A stretch of 64,000 bases of DNA from Botryllus schlosseri (lineage: Eukaryota): contig CM119372.1 in the NCBI GenBank assembly GCA_051294905.1, positions 35,962,001 to 36,026,000 on the forward strand, written 5' to 3'. Position 1 is the first letter of the stretch. The number at the start of each line of letters is the position of its first letter. Of the stretch, positions 12,341 to 22,407 are shown piece after piece. Below the pieces are notes generated by a model. It searched no databases. It saw only the letters and a list, made by a program, of their open reading frames with translations, and was not told the DNA's origin. The translations under genes and the position numbers were made by a program.

Positions 12341-13554
12341 CAGTGTTGCCAACTCCGGATGGAAGAAAATCGCTAAAACTGGTGTCAAAAATCGCTAGAT
12401 AGCGCTAAATATTGAGAAAAAAGCGCTAAAAAATAGCGCTAAATCTGCAAAAGGTGCTAAAGGTGTTAAATTGAACCATTATATCGATATATTCTTCTCA
12501 GCTATATTTTACTCGTCTGGGGCCAAAGTCACTTATCATACGTAATAGTCATATCTAAGCGTGACAAAACGGCAGTGCATTTCGATAAAGCAGATCGCTT
12601 TGCGCAACGATCGCTATACTGTGAACACTGACCAGGTTTGCAGGCATAACCGCTCACTATATCAGCGTGCCTTACTCGATGCGTCCGTGAATACGTGATG
12701 CGATGTACCGTGGTTATGCGCTTGACTTCTTCTCTAAACTGTGTTGGAGTTGGCCTACTTGATCACGACATGCGACTTGACACACGTGGACACGACATGC
12801 GACTTGACCCGTCACAATACGACGTTGAAACGGGTTTGTTTTCCACTATAAGTAGAGACCTTAAGAAAATAATCCGAGGACCAACCCGGTGTATGAAATG
12901 TAATTAATCTGGCCTTAAACGAATGACCAGACATTGGAGCGACCTCAAAACAGTCCCCAAAGTCTGGAAATCGGCATTGATAAGAACAATCGCTGGACGA
13001 AATTGGTCATTGTTATGTTCATTGTGTTGCGGCGGTGCCATTGTTGGAGCAATAATGCCGGTTTTCAGACTTTGAGGGCTGTTTCGGGGTGCATGGTTCC
13101 ATTGTCCGGACCAGATTTTATTTCGTATTTTCGAAATCACTGCGACACTATCTTTCGATTATGGCCATTGGCCAATTATATTAAACTTCAGCGTTCAGGT
13201 CGCCAGTTTTAGCACTGCCAACTATGCTACTTTTAGATTACTCAGCAAGAAGAGACACTGTTTGCCAATGCGTAACCGCCAGGAGTTGCGTATCTACTAC
13301 TATCTATCGGCAGGTAGTAATCTATAATCATATTTCATCGGAGTCCGCACTCTAGTGATCGGTATAGCCAATGCAGTCGTCAGCCAGAACTGATCTTTAG
13401 TGGTTATTTTCGGTAAAAAAGCGCTAAATAATCGCTAAATACTTCTTCAAAAATCGCTAGATTTATCGCTAGGCGCTAGATCCATATTTTTTGGCGCTAA
13501 ACCGGATGAAAAATCGCTAGATCTAGCGCGAAAATCGCTAAATTGGCAACACTG
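12341..13554. mobile_element. Non-autonomous hAT-like element nested in the 11018-13806 element
   Basis: TIRs CAGTGTTGCCAA / TTGGCAACACTG; many AAATCGCTA subterminal repeats at both ends; imperfect TSD GTCTATAG / GCTCTATAG. Confidence 0.82.
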
Positions 13555-14600
13555 GCTCTATAGTCTATCTCCATATCCTACTTCAACCACCTTCGTTTTA
13601 TGGCGTAACAATAGACTAATACGATGTAGGCTACTATTATATCGTAGCAATGCCGCATTTTTTTCATGCAGCGCTGTACTGCAGATTGAAACTCATTATG
13701 AAGCGGCGGGCCGTATTCTTGTGATAACTAATTATTATGTCGCGGGCCGGACGATTTCGCTTGGCGGGCCGGATCCGGCCCGCGGGCCGTAGGTTGCCGA
13801 CCCTTGACGTAAGCGATACATTGGGGGATCCCCCTTTTGGGCGTCTGCGATATAGAAAATTTCCCGTTGCCAGTTGGGTAGGCTGCTTTTCTCAAAAAGA
13901 TTTCGAATTTTCGATATACGGACGGGTAATCCTATAGCGAGGTCGGGTTGTTTAGCTTCTTGAAATCCGTAAAGTCTTCTCCAAACCGATTCCTGATTAG
14001 ACGAATTCACTTGGTTTGGGGCCATGGCAATGCTACGATGGTACGTCCTGTTGTAGGAGTAAGTAAAGTCATCGAGAGCGCTCACGTAATTCCTCGTGTT
14101 ATTTTTTGTGAAAAATCGATACATAATCGCCTTCATAGTACGAATCACCCTTTCGACGACAGAGGATTTTAATTCGCTCCTCGTATAGAAATATCTAACT
14201 TTGTTCTCCTTTAGATAGTTCTGGAAAGCGCGATTGGTATATTCGCTACCTTGATCGGTTTGTAACACTAACGGTACGCGTTCACGAAACACACGTTTGA
14301 AAGCAGAAATCATACTTGAAGCAGTTTTATTTTTAATCGCTATCATCCAAAGGTATTTGCTAAAAATATCAATCACCACCACCACAAAACGAAAACCGCT
14401 ATTGTACTTTGAAATAGATTGCAGATCCATCAAATCGCTCTGAAACTGAGCATTGATACCGGAGACCACTACACGTTCACGCCTAAATTTCTTACGTAAC
14501 GGAAAATGAAAAGTATAAGTATCTTGTCCTTTAAGCCATTCTTTTTCCTTTTGCAAATAAGCGCCCCTATACGATTTGGGCTGTTTCGGATCAAAATAGT

Positions 14601-14939
14601 CTACGTCTCCCATTCTTTCCCGTATATACGGGGATTAGGCTTACGCTGTCTCTTATAAAGCCAGGGAAACGAAGGTTGTGGAATCCGGCGCGGGCGTTTC
14701 TTTTGCGGGCGCTTTTCTTTCGCTACGGGGCTCGCGAGCCCCGTGTGTGCGGCGGGAGGGCGGGCGGTCGCTGCGTCTACGTCTTTTCTCAAGTTTCTCA
14801 GTTGAGCAATACCATGCCTATACAGAGCTAGTTTCTCGGAAGCATGTAATGGAGAGCTTTTAATTTTCGATATATGTTTATCAAATTTCTTTTCCCATTC
14901 GTCCTTGCTTCGAAATGCGGGGAATTGTAGTTCACGCAT
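14601..14939 (-). CDS. Polinton protein of unknown function, basic C-terminus
   Basis: Co-oriented ORF overlapping both neighbours; FDKHISKI..LHASEKLALY resembles a recurring Polinton N-terminal motif. Confidence 0.55.
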   Translation of the reverse strand: MRELQFPAFRSKDEWEKKFDKHISKIKSSPLHASEKLALYRHGIAQLRNLRKDVDAATARPPAAHTGLASPVAKEKRPQKKRPRRIPQPSFPWLYKRQRKPNPRIYGKEWET

Positions 14940-15340
14940 TCTTCCCGAAAAGTTTACCCAACAGACTCCCGATGACGGGGATTGCAGCGCCTAATATAGC
15001 TAAAAACAGACCGGTTAGAAAAAAGTTTCTATTTTATCATAATTTTTATACCTGAGAGGAATCCACCCTTTTGTAGCACCCTCCGTTGACCTCTGCGAGT
15101 TTTTTGCGCCAGCAATTGTCTGATATCGGATTTGTGTTTTCCAAGCCTCAACTTTCTAGACGGGGAGATACGTACTGTCCCCGAAGCCAAGTTATGAACG
15201 CACTGGCAGACGCAACTTAAAAATTGATTGTTCGATAAAAGTTCTTTTCGCTGTTTCCCTTTAGCGTTTTTCAAAAGTTTTAATTTAACGTGATAGTCGC
15301 TCAATCGTTTTCGAGATATGTTACTTCCCCTCTTCGACAT
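14932..15340 (-). CDS. Adenovirus pX-like basic core protein, two exons (15052-15340, 14932-14999), 118 aa
   Basis: 52-nt GT..AG intron 15051-15000 with CTAAC branch-like motif; splicing gives QKGG-FLSAILGAAIPVIGSLLGKLFGKNA*. Confidence 0.8.
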
Positions 15341-15375
15341 GTTGAATGCCCTAAAATCTGCAGCGCGAGCTGTAT

Positions 15376-15993
15376 TTATTCTTGATATACCGTCAACTTT
15401 TGGTGTGGGAATATTTTGCTGCGGAGACGATAATTTTCGTCTGTCTCTTGCGTCAAGTCAACTAGTATGTACGAGAACGGTTTTCGAGTTGCCTTTTTAT
15501 AAGCCTCCGTAAGGAATCCGGCTTTATCGGGGAACATTTGACGTGAAAGAAAACTGATTTGACTCGCATCACGGGGATTTTTAAATATCACGATATAGCT
15601 CGCGCTCAGGGTCATATCCCGAAAGCCTTGACCCCTATAGAACAAATTTTGACATATGAACACCACGCTGATCTTTGCGTGATGACTGTATCGAGTGAAT
15701 AGATCTCTGGCCTCTTTCGCTTCCGTCATCATGTCGTCGATCACCAAGAGAACGTGCCTATTTCCTTTCTGTAACTTTTTGAGCTCGGAGAGCCCTTGCG
15801 AGAATTCTACCCCTTTCATTTTATCGTACAACTCCTGATAATTATTATACAACCATACAATTTTTTCAGGAGCCGGTCTAATCATCTTCTCTGCGTTCTT
15901 CACCAACTCATAAGTAAAATAACTCTTCCCGCTACTGCTCGGACCAGCTACGATCATCCGAAACGGAGCATGCAATGTACGTATTCGATCCAT
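15376..15993 (-). CDS. A32/FtsK-HerA-like DNA packaging ATPase
   Basis: Walker A GPSSSGKS, Walker B LLVIDD, SHHAKISVVFICQN, FKNPRD. Confidence 0.95.
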   Translation of the reverse strand: MDRIRTLHAPFRMIVAGPSSSGKSYFTYELVKNAEKMIRPAPEKIVWLYNNYQELYDKMKGVEFSQGLSELKKLQKGNRHVLLVIDDMMTEAKEARDLFTRYSHHAKISVVFICQNLFYRGQGFRDMTLSASYIVIFKNPRDASQISFLSRQMFPDKAGFLTEAYKKATRKPFSYILVDLTQETDENYRLRSKIFPHQKLTVYQE

Positions 15994-15996
15994 TTA

Positions 15997-18900
15997 TTAC
16001 AGAGATAAAGGCAATGTATGAATTCCATCATTAAGCACAATCCTTTTATAATAACCATAACTCAATGCACTTCGATATTGCTTATACGTAAACATATCGC
16101 CCCCATAGCAACGAAAACCGCTATTGACGCCACCCGTGATCGATCTATTTTGAAGAATGCCTTTGAAATCTTTGAAAGTTTTGTTGGCCGTTTTTTGAAG
16201 CCCTTTCGAGCTGTACTTATCGCTGTCGCCTTTGCAATAATAGGTCTTGGAATTGAGGCCTATAAACCCATCTCCGATCCATTCTTCTTTGAATAAGCCC
16301 GGTATACGTTTCGAGTAATTGCGAACCTCAATGCAGCAAGCTTTATCAGTTTTAAAACCAACGGGAACTCGTTCAAAATCGCATTTATGCTCTCCACATG
16401 CGCGAGCCACGAACCATTTGTCGTGATTTTCAAAAAATTGTTTTTTCATGGAAGGCTTGATGAGAGAATAGATCGTATCGGAGCTTAAGCTTATGTACGC
16501 CGAATCAGTATCTGTTTCGAGGAAAGCCCAATCGCTATCGTCCAAATACACATGCAGACAGTCATATAGGAACTCGAGCATTCTCAGCTTGGCACAACAG
16601 AATATAAAGAAGCCCACAATGACTGGGTTTTCGTGACAAATGTTAAGGGGACGCGTAGCTACTTCGAGCAAGCCTTCATCGCTCTTATCAATTTCAACAG
16701 CATCGACAAAAAATTTTTTTTCAACGCGCGATGGTAATTCTTCCAATTTAACGTATTCGTGTTCCCTATATTTATTAGGGTTTTGAATAGTACGACCAAA
16801 AGCACTATTTCCAATCGTCTTCCAGGTCAACGCTTCCATTTCACGGGCCGGATCTTTTGGGAGGACATCGCCTTTGCGACGCTCAGAGGATACCCGCTCA
16901 ACGAAGGGTGTGAAAACTTGTTTTGGTTCATATTCGACAGCTTGGAATACGCGAGTCACGATCATGCCGCTTTTCAAGTACCACTGAAGCAAATCCGTAT
17001 TAAACAACTGTTTTTTCGTGAAATAACTAGAGCCCAGAAATTTTTTTGGAAACTTAATATTGTTTTCCTTGGCGTATTCACGCATATGTTCACCGATATC
17101 GCACTCGTTTACTTCCATATGTTTGAAAAAAAGAGGTAACTCTTCGAATTTCGATTTTAAATGGTCGGGACAATGAATGTCACACTCGATTGCACCGAAA
17201 AATGACCCGTCGAGCGTGCGCTTGAGCAACTGCGCCTCAGTGAGATAATAAGCTTTCGTGACTTTACGCTCGAACTTTGAGGCAAATTGCGCAATTTCAG
17301 GGTCTCGTTTCATATTCGTCCAAACGCACTCCTTCATACGGATAACGGTATATCCCAATTTTTCCAAATATTCCGTGTTTTGTTTGGTGAGTTCACGCCT
17401 TTCGGTGTTCTCTTTATCAGGGAAGCAGCTCCTACAAGCGTGGTAATAGCACCCATCGTACTGAAAGATGAGTTTACCGGCGTTCCCGTCGACAAATAGG
17501 CGTTTATTTCCGATTCTCACTTGACTACCGTTCCACGCGTGTTGAATTTTGATGTCACGAACGTGACTTTCGTATTCCAACCATTCGCGCTCCGCATGAG
17601 TAGGCCAAACGCGCTGTTTATGGAATTTTTGCTTTTCCTCATCATAAATCCACCTTATAGGGTAACCCGTTGGCATATTTTGATTTATGCACCCCAAATA
17701 GAGGGCATTGGCGTCGTATCCTACTACTTTCTTGACGGTTTTAGCACTGTCACCGTAGCGAAGACTGCGTATTTTCGTTTCACCCGCCATAGCGTACCGT
17801 GACGTAATCTGTGATAAACCTCCTACCAAGTTGTTCAGAATCGTTTCGTGAAGGTCAGCATTGGCCTTATTCAGAAGAGTGATATCGCAGCAATCACGAA
17901 ACATTAGTCTACTCGCTATATTCGGAAGGCTCACGTTACCCTTGAACATATCGATGCCAAGCGTTTTGTAAAATTCGAAATTGTTATTCAGCGCGGTCAG
18001 GAAGCCAATGACGTCACCTTCGTTGTAATATCGGAGAAAATCACGGAATGTGGTCATACCCTCGCGTTCCCATACAGCGACGCATTCTGCGTATTGCTCT
18101 TCCGTTATATTCGAATTGCGGAACGCGTTGTAAAACGATTCATGGGTCGGTAGCGACGTTTCATCAAGACGCTCGATGCTATCGAGATATTCGTAAGGGA
18201 AATAAAATTTTGCGTTTACCCCATCCCCGTATAGCTTCATGTACGCATCCAAACTATAACCCGGACTCGGGAATAGCGAAATATCCAGAAATTTTAATCT
18301 GTGCGTTGCGATTGTCAAATAGGCGCTGTTCCTTTTCAAAACGAAGAATCCGCTTTCCTTGTGCAAGGATTTGATTAGATATTTCTTGCATAAATTCAGA
18401 TCATAGCGCGAGGAATTGAAACCGATTATGGGTATCTGATCAAGCCACGTATGGAGTCGAAGCGAGATATTATCCAAATAGGATCTCCTATTAGTGGGAT
18501 CGATCAATTTCCGTTCTTCAATCAAATTCTCAAGTTCGATTATTTCGCTAGCGAAAGATTCTCGCATTTCGGTTGAGGCGAGTTCTTGTACGCGATAAAT
18601 TTCCCCAATCATTTCATCGATTAACGTCTGCGGGCAACCCTCGGATATGAAAGTTTTTGTTTCATTCGTTACGTTATTCGATAAGGACACAGAGACGGGA
18701 ACATGCCGATTAACGTATTCTACTTTTGCAGAATTAGCTCTGAGCTCATCCTTCACGAGCATGGATTCAAAGTCAAAACACATACGGTACGGGAAGAATC
18801 TCTTTTGGTTCTCAACGAAAATGCCTTCGGATTCCAATTGCTCGAATACGGTGGGTTTAGGACGATATACGCCGCTGGCATAATTCCGAGTCTGGGACGT

Positions 18901-19875
18901 TTTGCATTCACGTTTTAGATGCTTTGTCAGATTTGGCTTGGTTTTAAAGAAAAACTTGCATGATTCACAAAAGAATGTCTGGGAATAGAGTTCAATATTT
19001 GTGATCAAGCATGAATGAGAACGTTCCATGTGTATATGAACCACTGGGCCATCCGCTTCAGACTGTCGCAATAAAAATGGTTGATGATCGCGTTTTTCAT
19101 AAACAAGTATCTTTACGTGAAAACATTCCTCAACTTTATTCAGTTCATCGAGCGGTACACCATCATCTATAGGGATACGGTAACGTTCACGAAATTGAGA
19201 GGCCAATAGTGCGACGTGCTTCTCATCTCGTTTTTTCTTGATGAATTGGGATAAGCAACGGAAGAGGCATAGCGAATCGTTCAGTTGTGTTCCGTCCTGA
19301 TGTCGAACAAACGTTCTAATATACCGACAGTTTGATAGTTCCTTAGATATCGATGCACTAGGGCAGCCCAGTAAAACTCGCGGCATTTCGTACAAGAAAA
19401 ATTGAATATGTAATATTGCAACGCAATAAAACTTGGTGTCTGGTCTGGCTTGTCTGGCTTGCTCGTAAGCAGCTGATAAATCGATTTCGTTGATGAAACG
19501 ATCAAAGTCCTCACGTGAAAGTATAGGTGTCGGTAGATCCAAAACAGCATGGGTTGATTGCGGATGAAAATAGCTACGTCTTTCCGTCTCTCGATTATAA
19601 AGCAGGAAACCATAAGCATAGTTAGCTTTGAATTGTCGCAATCTTCTCGGGTATATCGATGACATGCGCGCATGAATATCATTTATACCTCTCCCGATCA
19701 GGCGTACATTGATCGCCTCTCTCGCCCCTCTCGCAACCCTCCTGCTGTTAAGCCACTCGGAATCGATAATCGAGTTGGAGTGCGATTGCATAAGCTCTGT
19801 TGCGTCGTTATTAAAACCGAGCGAATCATCGATGATGAAGCTAGCATCTTCTTCGTAGCGTCTTCGACGAGCCAT
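15997..19875 (-). CDS. Protein-primed family B DNA polymerase (pPolB), 1292 aa, uninterrupted
   Basis: Exo I CFDFES, Exo II FNSSRYD, Exo III YNEGDV, Pol A YDANALY, Pol B KTIGNSAFG, Pol C ETDTDS, SKTY, SSKG. N-terminal CLFRCL..HSCLI, a Cys/His finger and an internal VSR-like nuclease insert (QYDGCYYHAC). Confidence 0.97.
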   Translation of the reverse strand: MARRRRYEEDASFIIDDSLGFNNDATELMQSHSNSIIDSEWLNSRRVARGAREAINVRLIGRGINDIHARMSSIYPRRLRQFKANYAYGFLLYNRETERRSYFHPQSTHAVLDLPTPILSREDFDRFINEIDLSAAYEQARQARPDTKFYCVAILHIQFFLYEMPRVLLGCPSASISKELSNCRYIRTFVRHQDGTQLNDSLCLFRCLSQFIKKKRDEKHVALLASQFRERYRIPIDDGVPLDELNKVEECFHVKILVYEKRDHQPFLLRQSEADGPVVHIHMERSHSCLITNIELYSQTFFCESCKFFFKTKPNLTKHLKRECKTSQTRNYASGVYRPKPTVFEQLESEGIFVENQKRFFPYRMCFDFESMLVKDELRANSAKVEYVNRHVPVSVSLSNNVTNETKTFISEGCPQTLIDEMIGEIYRVQELASTEMRESFASEIIELENLIEERKLIDPTNRRSYLDNISLRLHTWLDQIPIIGFNSSRYDLNLCKKYLIKSLHKESGFFVLKRNSAYLTIATHRLKFLDISLFPSPGYSLDAYMKLYGDGVNAKFYFPYEYLDSIERLDETSLPTHESFYNAFRNSNITEEQYAECVAVWEREGMTTFRDFLRYYNEGDVIGFLTALNNNFEFYKTLGIDMFKGNVSLPNIASRLMFRDCCDITLLNKANADLHETILNNLVGGLSQITSRYAMAGETKIRSLRYGDSAKTVKKVVGYDANALYLGCINQNMPTGYPIRWIYDEEKQKFHKQRVWPTHAEREWLEYESHVRDIKIQHAWNGSQVRIGNKRLFVDGNAGKLIFQYDGCYYHACRSCFPDKENTERRELTKQNTEYLEKLGYTVIRMKECVWTNMKRDPEIAQFASKFERKVTKAYYLTEAQLLKRTLDGSFFGAIECDIHCPDHLKSKFEELPLFFKHMEVNECDIGEHMREYAKENNIKFPKKFLGSSYFTKKQLFNTDLLQWYLKSGMIVTRVFQAVEYEPKQVFTPFVERVSSERRKGDVLPKDPAREMEALTWKTIGNSAFGRTIQNPNKYREHEYVKLEELPSRVEKKFFVDAVEIDKSDEGLLEVATRPLNICHENPVIVGFFIFCCAKLRMLEFLYDCLHVYLDDSDWAFLETDTDSAYISLSSDTIYSLIKPSMKKQFFENHDKWFVARACGEHKCDFERVPVGFKTDKACCIEVRNYSKRIPGLFKEEWIGDGFIGLNSKTYYCKGDSDKYSSKGLQKTANKTFKDFKGILQNRSITGGVNSGFRCYGGDMFTYKQYRSALSYGYYKRIVLNDGIHTLPLSL

Positions 19876-19908
19876 ATAGTTTTAAGTATATTCTGTAAAA
19901 ATAGACAT

Positions 19909-20244
19909 TCACAAATTTATTCCATATTTCAAACGCAATTTACACTTGAAAGCTTCATAAAGGAACAGGAATTTGATATTTTCTAAGGTACGCAGTTCAT
20001 CGGCGTTGGGGGTAAATTTATCGATGTCTTTAAGCACATTTTTTGCTATAACGAGAAAATCTTTTTGCCATTCCCCATATCCTTCCAGTGAGACCATTTT
20101 TCGCCAAGTGGCAACTCTCTTGATATCATCGTCAACGAAACCTTCAAAGGTAGCGGTCGTAGCATCTCGCGTACGTCTTGTGTCTCCCGCACCGTATTGT
20201 TGTAACAACATATTTAGATCTTTACCACAATTATAAGGTTCCAT
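19909..20244 (-). CDS. Hypothetical Polinton protein (~111 aa, likely start ATG 20244)
   Basis: Fills the gap between the 413-aa ORF and pPolB; ATG preceded by TTGTTTTCTCAG; AATAAA overlaps its final codons. Confidence 0.6.
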   Translation of the reverse strand: MEPYNCGKDLNMLLQQYGAGDTRRTRDATTATFEGFVDDDIKRVATWRKMVSLEGYGEWQKDFLVIAKNVLKDIDKFTPNADELRTLENIKFLFLYEAFKCKLRLKYGINL

Positions 20245-20263
20245 ATTAATCTGAGAAAACAAA

Positions 20264-21505
20264 TCAAATATACCAGTCATTGTACTGTCGTTTGAGCTCA
20301 TCGAATTTGGCGTAAAATTCACGTGCATGCACATCGTTTTCAACATAAGAGGAATCGCTCTCAAATTCGGAATCTGACGGTATGAATGTACGACCAAATA
20401 TATCATGTATAATTTTACGGCGAGCATGCTTATTCATCTCAGGCAAGTAGCAAGGATAACACTGATTACCGAAGCGAATAATCACTGTGCTGGATTGAAA
20501 CATCCCTCCCAAATTGCGTAACATAACATCACTACCATTCTGAATTTCGGATACGAGCCAAAACGATGACGGCTTTACTCGTCCGTAAGCAGACTGCAAA
20601 GGACTGCGATGAATGTACATAATGGCTTCCTGCAACATCTTGTTATCGAAAAATAGAGACCCGCAATTGCGCATCACTGAAATAGATTTCTCGGTATTGT
20701 GAAATTTGAACGCCTCTAGATTCGGATGGAAAGGATCTAGGAAGTTGGCGATATCGTCAGAGAACAACAAATCGATCAACACTTCTTTTCCGGTCTGATT
20801 TTTGCCTTCTATAAAGAAGTGAGGCGCAAAATATTTCTTATGCATATGACCCTCCATTAGAGTGATAATGAACACAGCACGGAGAAAATTAGGGCTCCGT
20901 TTTCGATCAACGAACAACACCTCCTCGATATTCTGCTCCAGAGAACGGAAAAATAGTACACCATCATCAATCGTAAGTAGAGGGTAATCCAAATTATAAA
21001 TCAGACCATCAAACTTTTCCTCGTCCAATACGTTATTAGCGATACGACGTCGCTTATTGCGAAAAGGGGACGAACAAACTCTCCATGGGGTGATGATCGG
21101 TGAGTGAGGTGGGCTTTGAGCACTCGTCACAGCTGTCGAGTTATCAGTACTCTGTGGAGGCGTAAATTCAGCACCAACTGGTAGTATGCTCTTATCGAAG
21201 TCGAGTCTGCGCTTAGATTTAGGTTCACTTGGTCCCATCACCGGTCGTGGTATACCGATATTGATTGGAGTCATCACGTCAGCTAAGGGAGCCTCATCAG
21301 ATTGCGCCACTGCCTCATCAATAATTGTTACGTCATCATCACTAACTCCCGCCTCTTTACTCTTTTCAGCTGCAATCGTAACTTCGATCAATTCTGCATC
21401 GACATCGGAATCGAAATCACCAATCGGTAATGTATCTGCTTGATTATCAGGAATCATAGTTGTTGATTCGCTAACTACGTCGCTTGCTTTCTCCATTGTC
21501 GACAT
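20264..21505 (-). CDS. Orphan 413-aa protein: acidic N-terminus, RxL cyclin-docking motif, S/T-P cluster, NLS-like patch
   Basis: Long ORF with TATATAA ~40 nt upstream; contains KSKRRLDF, TPPQS, SPPHSPIITPWR, SPFRNKRRR. Confidence 0.8.
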   Translation of the reverse strand: MSTMEKASDVVSESTTMIPDNQADTLPIGDFDSDVDAELIEVTIAAEKSKEAGVSDDDVTIIDEAVAQSDEAPLADVMTPINIGIPRPVMGPSEPKSKRRLDFDKSILPVGAEFTPPQSTDNSTAVTSAQSPPHSPIITPWRVCSSPFRNKRRRIANNVLDEEKFDGLIYNLDYPLLTIDDGVLFFRSLEQNIEEVLFVDRKRSPNFLRAVFIITLMEGHMHKKYFAPHFFIEGKNQTGKEVLIDLLFSDDIANFLDPFHPNLEAFKFHNTEKSISVMRNCGSLFFDNKMLQEAIMYIHRSPLQSAYGRVKPSSFWLVSEIQNGSDVMLRNLGGMFQSSTVIIRFGNQCYPCYLPEMNKHARRKIIHDIFGRTFIPSDSEFESDSSYVENDVHAREFYAKFDELKRQYNDWYI

Positions 21506-21809
21506 CCTTTTTGCAGTATAGTTTAGTTCGTATTCGAGCCTCTCTTATATAGTGAACTACATGCGCTTTGCACGCGGAGAGCGCGTGATTGTATTCGTGG
21601 CATTCTTACTAGCATTCTAATTAATGACAATACGTACCAGGAACGGATATGAGGTACGTGTCTTTTTCTGTGAGCAGTCGACGTTCTAATTTCCATGATA
21701 CGACCTCGGGGCCTATCATTCGATCGGTACCAAGCACATTTTCGATGGTGCATAGCTCAATATCTATATAAAGCATACTGATCATGAGAGTATATCAATT
21801 TGGATAGCA
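21506..21809. promoter_or_regulatory. Divergent promoter region with two outward-facing TATA boxes
   Basis: TATATAA on minus strand at 21545-21551 and TATATAAA on plus strand at 21765-21772, each ~40 nt upstream of an ATG. Confidence 0.65.
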
Positions 21810-22391
21810 ATGTCGAACATTAATCAAAGCGATTCGCTACCTAGCCGTAGTGTGGATCCTACGAATTATGCTGCATTAAACTGCGCTTGCATCGGTACCA
21901 CAAGTAGCATAGATATAAGCGAAGATGAAACTCGGACGGGTCCCATTGAACAGTACCAAGCTATGATAAATAACAGAGGAGAAAAGATTTATGAATGCTA
22001 TGCGAAGCATAGAGATGTAACTGTCTCCCCGTTGAATGATCCCGTTTTCTATAACATGGTACGCTATGCTCGTAGACTAAGCACATTTATGCGGTGGCCG
22101 GATAATATCAATACCTCTGGAACCGAGCTCGCAGACTGCGGATTGTTCTATTTGGGCTATAAGGATCATTTAAAGTGTTTCTCGTGTGGCGGGCTGTTTC
22201 AAAATTGGTTGCCGTGCGATGACCCCTGGCTCGAGCATGCAAAGTTTTATCCTACGTGTCCTTTTCTCATAAAGCGTAAGGGGTTGCAATATATTCGTAA
22301 TGTCTGTTATGCGACACCTAATATAAGAAGAGGCTCGACTAAATTTGATGGCGAGGTGGAATTGCGTGATGACTGTTGTACTTATGTTTGA
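21810..22391 (+). CDS. Single-BIR inhibitor-of-apoptosis-like protein, no RING
   Basis: RRLSTFMRWP..ELADCGLFY..DHLKCFSCGG..WLPCDDPWLEHAKFYPTCPFL with complete CxxC..H..C zinc ligands. Confidence 0.92.
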   Translation: MSNINQSDSLPSRSVDPTNYAALNCACIGTTSSIDISEDETRTGPIEQYQAMINNRGEKIYECYAKHRDVTVSPLNDPVFYNMVRYARRLSTFMRWPDNINTSGTELADCGLFYLGYKDHLKCFSCGGLFQNWLPCDDPWLEHAKFYPTCPFLIKRKGLQYIRNVCYATPNIRRGSTKFDGEVELRDDCCTYV

Positions 22392-22407
22392 TATTTCTTT
22401 TCAAAGA

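Larger units (their letters stand above)
11018..13806 (-). mobile_element. Defective hAT (Charlie/Buster/SPIN-like) DNA transposon inside the Polinton integrase
   Basis: TIRs CAGGGGTCGGCAACCT / AGGTTGCCGACCCTTG; perfect 8-bp TSD ACGTAAGC (11010-11017, 13807-13814). Confidence 0.93.
10818..14613 (-). pseudogene. Retroviral-like (rve) integrase with C-terminal chromodomain, split by hAT insertion
   Basis: DDE core FQSDLMD/LQTDQGSEY/SVVERVIRT in 13807-14613. Removing 11010-13806 restores PPMYRLR-DYGGEVIQGRFYREELQ..QYLVRWLGYGSGFDSWV (332 aa). Confidence 0.93.

Noticed and set aside
16018..19986. Antisense and alternate-frame ORFs over pPolB
   Set aside because: Shadow ORFs of a long coding sequence with no motifs.
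20251..20273. GT..AG micro-intron fusing the 413-aa ORF to the next ORF
   Set aside because: Only 23 nt, too short for a typical metazoan intron.
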